This document shows, piece after piece, positions 11,578-24,498 of a stretch of 64,000 nucleotides of DNA (positions within the stretch are counted from its first letter, which is position 1; each line of letters begins with the position of its first letter). A program made the translations under genes and the position numbers. This DNA comes from Laetmonice hystrix. Lineage: Eukaryota. The stretch lies in assembly GCA_965235115.1 (NCBI GenBank), contig OZ249436.1, positions 48,858,001 through 48,922,000 on the forward strand. Reading direction: 5' to 3'. The notes under the pieces were generated by a model. That model made no database searches, had not been told where the DNA came from, and saw only the letters and a program-made list of their open reading frames with translations.

Positions 11578-11684
11578 TTTGCAGGGTTTATCTTTCTAAA
11601 CGTCCACTGAACGTCTGTCCCAAACACTTGTGCACGCCACAGGCCCTCTCCTCCCCTACCTACTTGGCTACTAACTGTATCAGC

Positions 11685-11699
11685 GTTGCCAATGACAAC
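11685..11699. promoter_or_regulatory. RFX X-box upstream of CFAP52
   Basis: GTTGCC-AAT-GACAAC fits the X-box pattern GYYNYY-N1-3-RRNRAC, about 110 bp upstream of the ATG of a ciliary gene. Confidence 0.7.
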
Positions 11700-12861
11700 A
11701 TTCCTGGGTGCGTGCGCAAATCCGGGCGCCATCTAGCGAGCTGCTCACAAACTAGTTTAGTTTTACAGTTTTGCAAAAGGTGGCGTCGCTGTAGACCAAT
11801 AAAAAAGGGCCAATCTCACCAGGTGGCGCAAGTTATTTCCTTATTTCTTTTTACGGAAATCCGAGGGAGCGCAAACTCGTGTTAAAACCTAGGCCTAGGC
11901 CATACTACCCAACCGGTAGGCCTACTACAACCCCCCCCCCCAAAAGTGCGATGTAGGCTACGCTATGATAGCGATAGCGATAGTATCTTCTTCTTCTTCT
12001 CCTTCTTCTTCCAGTAGGCCCTACCCAGTAGAATTATAGGCCTACCTTAAGCCTATATCAAACTCACAGCCATGGCGGGATGGGCTTGCGGAACCATTTA
12101 GCGGTTAAAAGTGCCTCAAATAATTTCTTTTAATAACGATGAAAATTTGCTAACTGAATGCCGGTTACTAACGTTGAATGCGGCGAATAAGTTGCCATAT
12201 TAGCCTACCCTCTGTCTAGCGTTACTGATTTTTCTGCAGATATTTGCAGAGTAACGGAGCTGACAAGGAATTGCCGGACATGTAGCCTACCTATAGCTAG
12301 GCCCCTATAGGCCTATTCATGCAGGACTATTTTGTTAAAATATCATGATGCATATTTTTACATGATTAGGCCTACTTCTGCAAATTATTAGGCCTAGGCC
12401 GCGCTATCTATATTTGTAAGTATAACTAACCTGGAAAAGGTCTGGTTTAAAAATTATTGGGCCCACATTTTTAGCACTGTTTCAGGCCCGTTGAAAGTTG
12501 ACGCAACTCCAAAGCTGTCGATACAATAATTTATTGTATAGATTCGCCTAGATCTATGTTATATTTTCAGATTCATCAGATGTGACACTTCAAATATAAT
12601 CTGAATCATTCTTCTGAAATCATATAGAAAATATAAAGGCTTACATTGGCTGGACTTAAAATGTTACATTTTTTTTTATACAATGACTCGCTTAGGCCTA
12701 CAATGATTTTTATATGCTTAGGTTAAATAGGTCTTGGACCTATATTTAAATTAATTACGGCCCTTTTTCGACAGAGAAGATATTGACAGCTATAGACACC
12801 CTTGAAATTATACAGCGTCCTTTCCATGTGGACGTTTAGGCTACTTTATGCGTTTCCTTTA

Positions 12862-13196
12862 TGCGTTTCCGTTTCACGGTTCCGTTTTGAGGATCGTCTG
12901 GTGGACGTACTGAGAATTATTTATAAGTTTCAGTCATGTCCCCACCTCCCTGATAACATTCTTGAGGTTACTTCGTAATAAAATTCACATCACAGGGCGT
13001 TTTCCGCATCAAATATATCCCCGTTTCATCTAGCGGACATCTGTGGTAGGCCTACTACATTTTGAAGTCCGTTTTGCCATCCGTTTCCGTTTTGATGGCT
13101 CCCCGAAGAGATCGAGAAACGGATAACGGAAAGGAAGACGATCGAATCGCGGTAACGGAAACCAATAACGGAAACGTGCACACGGAAACGCCGCTT
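12862..13196. mobile_element. Degenerate MITE with TTCCGTT/AACGGAA arrays
   Basis: GCGTTTCCGTTTCACG on the left versus CGTGCACACGGAAACGC on the right; internal motifs switch orientation. Confidence 0.5.
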
Positions 13197-13710
13197 AGAT
13201 TCTACGTCCTTTACCCGGCTTTACTGCTATGGCATACAGGATCGTTCTTTATAATAATTCTTATGTTGGTTTTTGTTTGGCGTCGCAGTTTGGCGTCGCA
13301 ATAGGGGCCTATGTGTCTTAGAAATGTCAAAGGCCTAAGTCATAAGTCTTTTAACATCTCCCCCTAATAGATGGGTTCGTCGCTTTTCTATAGTATCTAA
13401 GCCTACCCAGTGCTTGAAACTACCCCTACATTAGGTTCTTTTTTTTCTTTTCACCCCAGCCGAGCAAAACTAACTGCAAAACATTATATCCATACCATAT
13501 ACATGTAAATACATTTATTAACTGGCAGAAATTTGTACCTGGCGCCTGTTCTACCTTATTGGCGCTTCATCTGCGTATCAAATTTCTCAGTCAAGAACTA
13601 ACTTATATTGACCTAATCAGCGGGAGGTGGCAGGCCAATAAGATATCGAAGTATCCTCTCCACAGAACTCTACAGCTCTCTTTCCTTATTACTCTGAACA
13701 CTTAGGGAGC

Positions 13711-16700
13711 TCAGGGTATCCTGATAACATACATGCTAATAATAAGACCGAGAAAGGTAAACCAAGGAAATGATTGGTCATGTCTAACAGCGTCACTGGA
13801 TGACACAGAAAGCATGCTCCTTTCGGCAGCTGGCTTATAGTATGGCAGCAATCGAGGAATGACGTCACCAACGAGCGGCTGTCTATCAACATTCGAGATA
13901 TCCTCCATCTCTACCAGAGACGGATTGGCCGTCCCTAGCAGGGGCTCCTGTGCCAGTATGTTTCCGTTTCGTATCGACGCAGGTATGTTTTTACTCGAAT
14001 CACCTGGAGCCTCGGTTATCACTCTTTCTGGGTGGGTTGGTTTCTGTTTGGAATAGGCCTCCCAAAGTTCTTCCCAAGTTACTTCCTTTGTTGCTGGCTG
14101 GGGGGCTTTCTGTTTCACCTCTGTGGGTGGCGGAACCCCTGCCAGAAATTCGAAAGGTTCCATGGCCTTGCTCGGTATAATCCCTTCTTCTTTGTCTGGG
14201 CGCTTTGATATCTTTAAAATGCCCCTTCTCTTTAGACATAAACACGTGGGATCAAAGTTTTCGTCGTCTTCTCTTGGTGTTGCTTGCTGCTGGTTTGAGA
14301 CGTGTGCCCCTTGGGATCTTGAAATTATGACCCGTCTGACTGGGAAGGGTAACCTATCAAGAGGAAAGCTTCCATGAGGAAGGCGAACTCGGACACGACT
14401 CGAGACATTCACCATAGCCGCACTGGCTGAATGCATTGGTGGACGTTTAATCTTCCGTCGTCGGTATGGAAACCTGACCTTCACTGGCCGAGAGACTGGC
14501 TCTAACCCGGATGGTGTTATTATACGAGAGATGGCAGGTGTGGTGAGGACAAAACTCCTCAGAGAAACCGAATCTTTTGGTGGTTGTACTGTTTCATAGT
14601 TTCTGTTAGCGTTCTGACCTGTTGGTGATGGGTCAGTACTCCACAGCTCGACCCATGGATTGAGATATTCAATGTTTGGGCCGTCCGCGCTATCAACCAT
14701 TGGTATGCCTTCTGCTGTAGTCGTTAGCGAACTCTCAGGTCCCCGAGTTACAGCCTCAGCAGCCCACCTACCCACGTCATGAGTCATCACGTCAGGACCC
14801 AGGTGAGGGATTTTCCAAAGAGGTTTCTCATAAGGAGTTGGACCATATAGGTGTGTGCTCGTTTCCTGTTGGTTTAGCCTGGGGTGTTGAGTGTTAGTGG
14901 TCACAAACTTGTTGGATTCCAGAGAACCTTTCGGGTTTTTCGTAACGCAGGGCGTGGTGAAATAGGCATCAGTTGGCATGCGTGGTTTCTTTGTGACTCC
15001 AAAATCAAATCCCCGTGTCGCCATGGAATCTGTGAATGGGTTTGACGTGATTCGTTCTGTCGAGAAATGATATTTAGTACTGTAAGCCGGCATTTGATCA
15101 GATTCAGGCCTGACAAATGGTCGCCACGGTCGCTTGGGCATCATTGTTGTGGACACAGGCATAATCTTCTGGAACGTCATCTTTGTTGGGAAGGCGTTGA
15201 TGACAGGGCTCTGACTGGTTGTTGGCGGGGATGTTGTAGATGGTGGGGGCTCAGTGGTTCTCGGGGTTGTTGGTGTGGTGGTTGGGCTTACAGTGGCGGC
15301 TAGCACGGTCGGAATCACAGGTTCAGGCTCTCTGACAGGGGCCACAATGACGGGTGGATTTGCCGGAGCCGCTGCTCTGGGTGCGGCCTGGGGAGAATCG
15401 GCCACCCGATTCGACCCTTGCGCCGCACTCGACCCTTGTGAGCCACCGCTGACCGGAAAGAAAGGGTTGTCTCCAAGTTTGCCATAGAACTGCGGGCTCA
15501 TGTCATCATTGTGGCGGTTTTCGACGATACCCCACTGATTGTGGATATTGTCGCTATGTTGTACGATATCTCCGTATGGCTGCCTCTCCTCAGATATGTG
15601 AATAAATCCAGGACGTATAATCTTTCTTCGAAATACCTGGTAGCGCTTGGATCGTTTTGGACTTTCCTCATTGATCTGAATTCGGTTACCACGACGTCTA
15701 GACATTTGCTTGCCAGCATAGGTATTGAACAATTGCTTCGGTATATGGTTACTTGGTGGTCGATGCCAGTGACCAAACTTGTCATCGTTTGAGCGTTCAC
15801 GAGATTGATAGTTAGAGTGCCTGGGAACGTATTTCGGGGGAAGGTGTCCATAATTTGGAGAAAAATGGAGGTTTTTATTTTCTTCATTTTCAGGCATGCT
15901 TATCATCTCAACATCATAGTCGTCATAATCTTCGTTGTATTGGTTCTCCTCAGAATAAGCCCCTTGCCTCCCGCGCCTGTCGTCATAAGATGGGTATTTC
16001 ACGTGCCTTTTCTTGTGCACTGGATTTATCAACTTGCTGAGGAATAACTTGTCAAAGGCTTTGGAAACCGCGGGGTATGAAAGCGACTCGCCACTGGTGT
16101 GCATGGGTAACGGCGAACCGTAGGGATCGAAGTAGTTATCTACGGATCTCTTTCCCTTCATGTAGTCGGTGTCCACCGACCGCTTTCTTCGCTTGCCAAT
16201 CGTTAATAGCATCCCTGTCGCCTCCTTGTTTATTCTTCGTGGTGGACCAAAAACCTTGGGCGATAGAAAAACAGGACTCCTGACAGGTGAGCCGATGTCG
16301 TACCCAAAGGTCGTCTGGGTATCAAGGGAACTGTAGCCACCGCTAGATCCTTGGTATATGTCACCGAGGCCCTCAGGGTCGAAAGGGTCTTCTGTTTGCT
16401 GTGTTCCAATCAAATCTAAGTCGGCAAAACGCTTCTTTCGACTTAGAGGGTTCGCCTTTGAATAGTGTGTGAGCGGGAAAACGCTCCTGTGTGGTGTGTT
16501 CGACACACTGTGTGGTGTGTTCGACACACTGTGTGGTGTGTTCAACACACTGTGTGGTGTGTTCGACACAACACCACGGCCTCGACTTGGACTTAATCTA
16601 GTCCCTTCATCTAACAGCCTCTGTGTCGCGTTGATATCTTCATGTCGAACAGACTTCACGTCGACCTTTGATGCTGTGACTGCCGACGAACCCCTTGTAC

Positions 16701-16862
16701 CACTTGCACGATTCTGTATACTCTGAGTCACATCCCGGAGATTTCCCTGATGTGTTGCAATGCCAAGGTTTCCTCCATCGGACTGTGAGAGGACGTCTTT
16801 GCCAACATTTGCCTGGCTAACAGTTCTATCCCCGAGACGGTGAAGGAGGCCTCCTCTTGTTA
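13711..16862 (-). CDS. Orphan proprotein exon 2 (3152 nt)
   Basis: Over 1000 open codons in non-repetitive sequence. The frame stays open from the ORF-track start at 16731 up to a strong acceptor at 16862. Confidence 0.85.
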
Positions 16863-17788
16863 CTGCGTAAGAAAATAAATTTTTTATTCAGGAAAGTTTT
16901 GGGAACATATAGCACGGCGTTCAGAATGAACTACACATAGAGCCTGATAGGTGCACCAATCCAACGTTTAAAATATATTGGTAAAATCCCCTTTTCCTAA
17001 AGTCTAGCAATCTCTGTAGCTGTAATTTATCGTTACCATAGACCCCTACTTTATGTAGGCTAAGTACAACACCCTGAACTAGGCCACAAGGTAGACCGGA
17101 AAGAGAATTTATGTTTGTTTGGATTAGAAACGCACCTCATAAAAATTATGGATACTTTAATAAACATGATATAGGTACTTGAAATGTAAAAAATATTACA
17201 TGCAGTCATAGGTGCATGTACAAATGTGGTACGGTACTTATAATTTAACAAAGTGTATTGCTTAGACCTACATATTAGGGGCGGATCCAGTGGCAGGTAA
17301 GGGCCTAGACCCCCCCACTTTGAATCACCTCTTTTTACATTTCCTGACTTTTACCCCTGTTGGACCACACCCTTTCTGTGGCGGAGCCCCTGCTTTGTCA
17401 GCTTTCCCCGTTGGACCCATCTCCTTTGACTTTCGTATCTTGTATCTTCCCCTATCATCAACAAACCTCCGAACGACGTAGCTGCAAAATCTGGATTCCG
17501 GGTAAATAATATGCCTAAAGTATAGTCATCTGGGAAACAGTGACCAAAGATGCCGAAACAAGCCAAAAGAAATTAACAAAGTAGGCTTAGTCTCTCAAGG
17601 GCAAGGTGATATGGACCAATTAGGGCTAGAAACGTAAGCATGATGAAATCGGCTTATAGGCTACCGATGCAATAAACTTTAGTTATAGATCATAGTTATT
17701 GAAGGCAAAGGTACTTACCTCCCAAACTGGATTGTATTTGGAGATTAAACAACAAGAGCAAAAGTTTGGTATAATCCAAGATAGCCAT
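13711..17788 (-). CDS. Unrecognised secreted/GPI-anchored proprotein, about 1073 aa: complement(join(13711..16862,17719..17788))
   Basis: Exon 1 MAILDYTKLLLLLFNLQIQSSLG (signal-peptide-like) ends G|GTAAGT in phase 1. It joins acceptor TTTTCTTACGCAG at 16862 in frame with the 3-kb ORF. Many KR/RxKR sites, a T/P-rich block, and hydrophobic C-terminus FPWFTFLGLIISMYVIRIP. Minus-strand AATAAA at 13514-13519. Confidence 0.8.
17719..17788 (-). CDS. Orphan proprotein exon 1 (signal peptide)
   Basis: AACATGG start context, LLLLLF core, SLG cleavage-like motif, perfect GTAAGT donor whose phase matches exon 2. Confidence 0.75.
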
Positions 17789-18483
17789 GTTTCAATATCA
17801 AGTTTTCAGTCCTCCAGAGCTCATGCTGCTTGCATGCGTAGGCCTACTTCTGGGTCTGACCGTCGAGATATGACCAATCCCTTTGTTCCTCTGTCTTATT
17901 TACGAAGCGGGATATTTACCGCTAGATTCCGCATTCCGCACCGTTTAGCTTAAATTGGGAGAGCGCACTATTACAGAGTTTGTCTGGGGTTCACTTTACA
18001 ATAGATACACGATTGTGGCTCGAAATGAAGCGCGCGCGTGTTAACGAGAGACTACATCGCCGCTAGCGTCCACCAGGTGGCGATATATGAACCGCCAGAG
18101 GGCGTTATCGGTCAGCCCTGCTGGAAGAGAACTCGGACCTCTCGCTGTATCCAACTCGTGACCAATTCGTTTATAACCACATTATTAAACGTCGCCTTAG
18201 TTATTATCATGCGATTGAGGTTGCACTCTAGGAATACTAGACACTCACAAAACAGGCAATCCGCGTGAAAGTAGAGAGGGCTGTACTAATGTGTATGTTA
18301 ATGACCAGTTGACCGTGCAAAATTCGGCATTGACTCTATGATATGGGATGGGACTGTGGCGGGAATTAATTTGTATCAACTGTGTGTACGATACTGGGCA
18401 AACGATGCTGGGACGTACTACTTCACGTATTATTCTAGATCTGTTACTGCATATCTGGATTTCTTTAAAATTGGTTGAGCGAC

Positions 18484-19784
18484 ATATAGAAGACTGAAGG
18501 GGCAATGTGGATAACATATAGAAGACTGAAGGGGCAATGTGGACAACATAATTATAGAAGACTGAAGGGGCAATGTGGACAACATAATCATAGAAGACTG
18601 AAGGGGCAATGTGGATACATAATGATAGAAGACTGAAGGGGCAATGTGGATAACATAATTATAGAAGACTGAAGGGGCAATGTGGATATATAATGATAGA
18701 AGACTGAAGGGGCAATGTGGATACATAATGATAGAAGACTGAAGGGGCAATGTGGATGACATATAGAAGACTGAAGGGGCAATGTGGATAACATACATGT
18801 ATAGAAGACTGACGGGCAATGTGGATAACATATAGAAGACTGAAGGGGCAATGTGGATAACATAATTATAGAAGACTGAAGGGGCAATGTGGATATATAA
18901 TGATAGAAGACTGAAGGGGCAATGTGGATACATAATGATAGAAGACTGAAGGGGCAATGTGGATGACATATAGAAGACTGAAGGGGCAATGTGGATAACA
19001 TACATGTATAGAAGACTGAGGGGCAATGTGGATAACATATAGAAGACTGAAGGGGCAATGTGGATAACATATAGAAGACTGAAGGGGCAATGTGGATGAC
19101 ATAATTATAGAAGACTGAAGGGGCAATGTGGATAACATAATTATAGAAGACTGAAGGGGCAATGTGGATACATAATGATAGAAGACTGAAGGGGCAATGT
19201 GGATACATAATGATAGAAGACTGAAGGGACAATGTGGATAACATAATTATAGAAGACTGAAGGGGCAATGTGGATAACATAATGATAGAAGACTGAAGGG
19301 GCAATGTGGATACATAATGATAGAAGACTGAAGGGGCAATGTGGATAACATAATTATAGAAGACTGAAGGGGCAATGTGGATAACATAATGATAGAAGAC
19401 TGAAGGGGCAATGTGGATGACATATAGAAGACTGAAGGGGCAATGTGGATAACATAATGATAGAAGACTGAAGGGGCAATGTGGATGACATATAGAAGAC
19501 TGAAGGGGCAATGTGGATAACATAATTATAGAAAACTGAAGGGGCAATATGGATAACATATAGAAGACTGAAGAGGCAATGTGGATACATAATGATAGAA
19601 GACTGAAGGGGCAATGTGGATAACATATAGAAGACTGAAGGAGCAATGTGGATAACATATAGAAGACTGAAGGGGCAATGTGGATAACATAATGATAGAA
19701 GACTGAAGGGGCAATGTGGATAACGATAGAAGACTGAAGGGGCAATGTGGATAACATAATGATAGAAGACTGAAGGGGCAATGT
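18484..19784. repeat. Minisatellite, about 34-39-bp unit
   Basis: TAGAAGACTGAAGGGGCAATGTGGAT(A)ACATA(ATGA/ATTA) repeated over about 1.3 kb. Confidence 0.97.
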
Positions 19785-20960
19785 AGATAAGGCCTATAGG
19801 CATATGAAAGTAAAACATTACCATCACCAAATAACGCCATGTTACAAGGTGATCGTACACAAGTAGGCTACATCGGATTCTTATACATCAGAACTGATCT
19901 GGGCCTAAATTGTACATGACATCGTAAGGTAAGTATGATTGTCTTGTAGGGCTACGTCTGTAGACTTATCTGTGAAGGATCTAAAGCCGAGTCTTTATGT
20001 AGATCTATGTAGACACGTATATGGATGCCACTTCTTTCCGCAATAGTGCGAAATGGTTGTTAAGTCTCGAGAACATTTTCATCATAATCTTATTTTATTA
20101 TTATCCTATTTAGCTCGTCTACCCTCTCAGGAGTAACCTTTCCTTATGCTACCATCAATTATAGTATTACCTTAGATCTAGGCCTACCATATCATATCGT
20201 CTTTATATACTTAGTACTTTGACCTTTGCCCCCATGAGTACCAAACCAGCTGTGACACACCCAGAGGAACACTCCACTTCTTGCTAAATGCTTCCTATCG
20301 TGTCCTCTAGGTGTCCATGTGAAGCGACATCTAGCGGGAGGACAGCCAATCATTTTTACCATCCTCGGATCACTACCATACACCTGGACGAGGCAGGTTG
20401 ATTGTTCAAAGTTCTTTACTTTCCAAGAACCTGGTAACTGTCCAGGTCAACTTTATTTATTTCATCACTCTATTTACCATACACCCTCCCATCCCCATCA
20501 CTGTTCCGTATTTGCAAAACTTGTGATTGCCTTGAATTTTAATGATAGAGGCGACATCTCGTGTCATGCTGCAGCACCAAGAGGCCGCGGGAAAGAGACA
20601 GCGAGAGTTCGTCGTTCTCGATCTGCGCTGGAAGCATAATCCAAAGTAAAGGTTAACTCAGTTATTTATTCCCATTGACCACATAGTTTAAGTCCCACAC
20701 ATGGGGCCCTTATTCATAAGAAACATGCCTCATAAAAGATGTTAAGAATTCTAAGGCGAATCGTCTACGGTACTGCCTAATTCGTAGGCCTACTGAATGC
20801 ATGGGAAATGCCCACCGACACCCCCAGACTCTGATTAGCTGATTGTTTAATTAATTGATCGTCTGCAGACCGCGAGAAAGCGAGAAAGTCAAGTCATGAG
20901 GCATACTATTAGTGATAATTTGGTGATCAAATATAACCTTTCGACTCTGGACTTTCGAAC

Positions 20961-23900
20961 CGTTAAAGGAACCGTTATACTCTCTATACGACGGTTGGTA
21001 AAGGAACCTTTATACTCTCTATTATGACGGTTGGTAAAGGAACCTTTGTACTCTCTATTATGACGGTTGGTAAAGGAACCTTTGTACTTTCTATACGACG
21101 GTTGGTAAAGGAACCGTTATACTCTCTATTATGACGGTTGGTAAAGGAACCGTTATACTCTCTATTATGACGGTTGGTAACGGTACCGTTATACTCTCTA
21201 TACGACGGTTGGTAAAGGAACCGTTATACTCTCTATACGACGGTTGGTAAAGGAACCGTTATACTCTCTATACGACGGTTGGTAAACGAACCGTTACACG
21301 TATACTCTCTATACGACGGTTGGTAAAGGAACCGTTACACGTACTCTCTATACGACGGTTGGTAAAGGAACCGTTATACGTATACTCTCTATACGACGGT
21401 TGGTAAAGGAACCGTTACACGTACTCTCTATACGACGGTTGGTAAAGGAACCGTTACACGTACTCTCTATACGACGGTTGGTAAAGGAACCGTTACACGT
21501 ACTCTCTATACGACGGTTGGTAAAGGAACCGTTACACGTACTCTCTATACGACGATTCGTAAAGGAACCGTTACACGTACTCTCTATACGACGGTTGGTA
21601 AAGGAACCGTTACACGTACTCTCTATACGACGATTCGTAAAGGAACCGTTACACGTACTCTCTATACGACGGTTGGTAAAGGAACCTTTATACGCACTCT
21701 CTATACGACGGTTGGTAAAGGAACCGTTACACGTACTCTCTCTACAACGGTTGGTAAAGGAACCGTTATACTCTCTATACGACGGTTGGTAAAGGAACCG
21801 TTACACGTACTCTCTATACGACGGTTGGTAAAGGAACCGTTACACGTACTCTCTATACGACGGTTGGTAAAGGAACCTTTATACGTACTCTCTATACGAC
21901 GGTTGGTAAAGGAACCGTTACACGTACTCTCTATACGACGGTTGGTAAAGGAACCGTTACACGTATACTGTCTATACGACGGTTGGTAAAGGAACCGTTA
22001 CACGTACTCTCTATACGACGGTTGGTAAAGGAACCGTTATACTCTCTATTATGACGGTTGGTAACGGTACCGTTATACTCTCTATACGACGGTTGGTAAA
22101 GGAACCGTTACACGTACTCTCTATACGACGGTTGGTAAAGGAACCGTTATACTCTCTATTATGACGGTTGGTAACGGTACCGTTATACTCTCTATACGAC
22201 GGTTGGTAAAGGAACCGTTATACTCTCTATACGACGGTTGGTAAAGGAACCGTTATACTCTCTATACGACGGTTGGTAAACGAACCGTTACACGTATACT
22301 CTCTATACGACGGTTGGTAAAGGAACCGTTACACGTACTCTCTATACGACGGTTGGTAAAGGAACCGTTATACGTATACTCTCTATACGACGGTTGGTAA
22401 AGGAACCGTTACACGTACTCTCTATACGACGGTTGGTAAAGGAACCGTTACACGTACTCTCTATACGACGGTTGGTAAAGGAACCGTTACACGTACTCTC
22501 TATACGACGGTTGGTAAAGGAACCGTTACACGTACTCTCTATACGACGATTCGTAAAGGAACCGTTACACGTACTCTCTATACGACGGTTGGTAAAGGAA
22601 CCGTTACACGTACTCTCTATACGACGATTCGTAAAGGAACCGTTACACGTACTCTCTATACGACGGTTGGTAAAGGAACCTTTATACGCACTCTCTATAC
22701 GACGGTTGGTAAAGGAACCGTTACACGTACTCTCTCTACAACGGTTGGTAAAGGAACCGTTATACTCTCTATACGACGGTTGGTAAAGGAACCGTTACAC
22801 GTACTCTCTATACGACGGTTGGTAAAGGAACCGTTACACGTACTCTCTATACGACGGTTGGTAAAGGAACCTTTATACGTACTCTCTATACGACGGTTGG
22901 TAAAGGAACCGTTACACGTACTCTCTATACGACGGTTGGTAAAGGAACCTTTATACGTACTCTCTATACGACGGTTGGTAAAGGAACCGTTATACTCTCT
23001 ATACGACGGTTGGTAAAGGAACCGTTATACTCTCTATACGACGGTTGGTAAAGGAACCGTTACACGTACTCTCTATATACGACGGTTGGTAAAGGAACCG
23101 TTACGCGTACTCTCTATACGACGGTTGGTAAAGGAACCTTTATACGTACTCTCTATACGACGGTTGGTAAAGGAACCGTTACACGTACTCTCTATATGAC
23201 GGTTGGTAAAGGAACCTTTATACGTACTCTCTATACGACGGTTGGTAAAGGAACCATTATACTCTCTATACGACGGTTCGTAAAGGAACCGTTATACTCT
23301 CTATACGACGGTTGGTAAAGGAACCGTTATAGGTACTCTCTATACGACGGTTGGTAAAGGAACCGTTACACGTACTCTCTCTTTACGACGGTTCGTAAAG
23401 GAACCGTTACACGTACTCTCTATACGACGGTTGGTAAAGGAACCGTTACACGTACTCCCTATGTACGACGGTTGGTAAAGGAACCGTTACGCGTACTCTC
23501 TATATACGACGGTTGGTAAAGGAACCGTTACACGTACTCTCTATATACTACGGTTGGTAAAGGAACCGTTATACTCTCTATACGACGGTTGGTAAAGGAA
23601 CCGTTATACTGTCTATACGACGGTTGGTAAAGGAACCGTTACACATATACTGTCTATACGACGGTTGGTAAAGGAACCGTTACACGTACTCTCTATACGA
23701 CGGTTGGTAAAGGAACCGTTACACGTATACTGTCTATACGACGGTTGGTAAAGGAACCGTTACACGTACTCTCTATACGACGGTTGGTAAAGGAACCGTT
23801 ACACGTATACTGTCTATACGACGGTTGGTAAAGGAACCGTTACACGTACTCTCTATGCGACGGTTGGTAAAGGAACCGTTACACGTATACTGTCTATACG

Positions 23901-24498
23901 ACGGTTGGTAACGGAACCGTTACACGTACTCTCTATCCGACGGTTGGTAAAGGAACCGTTACACGTACTCTCTATACGACGGTTGGTAAAGGAACCGTTA
24001 CACGTATACTGTCTATACGACGGTTGGTAAAGGAACCGTTACACGTACTCTCTATACGACGGTTGGTAAAGGAACCGTTATACATATACTCTCTATACGA
24101 CGGTTGGTAAAGGAACCGTTATACTGTCTATACGACGGTTGGTAAAGGAACCGTTACACGTACTCTCTATATACGACGGTTGGTAAAGGAACCGTTACAC
24201 GTACTCTCTATACGACGGTTGGTAAAGGAACCTTTATACGTACTCTCTATACGACGGTTGGTAAAGGAACCGTTATACTGTCTATACGACGGTTGGTAAA
24301 GGAACCGTTACACGTACTCTCTATACGACGGTTGGTAAAGGAACCGTTACGCGTACTCTCTATACGACGGTTGGTAAAGGAACCGTTACACGTACTCTCT
24401 ATACGACGGTTGGTAAAGGAACCGTTACACGTACTCTCTATACGACGGTTGGTAAAGGAACCGTTACACGTACTCTCTATATACGACGGTTGGTAAGG
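20961..24498. repeat. Minisatellite, 35-41-bp unit (modal 39 bp), 3.5 kb
   Basis: GGTTGGTAAAGGAACCGTTACACGTACTCTCTATACGAC. Confidence 0.97.
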
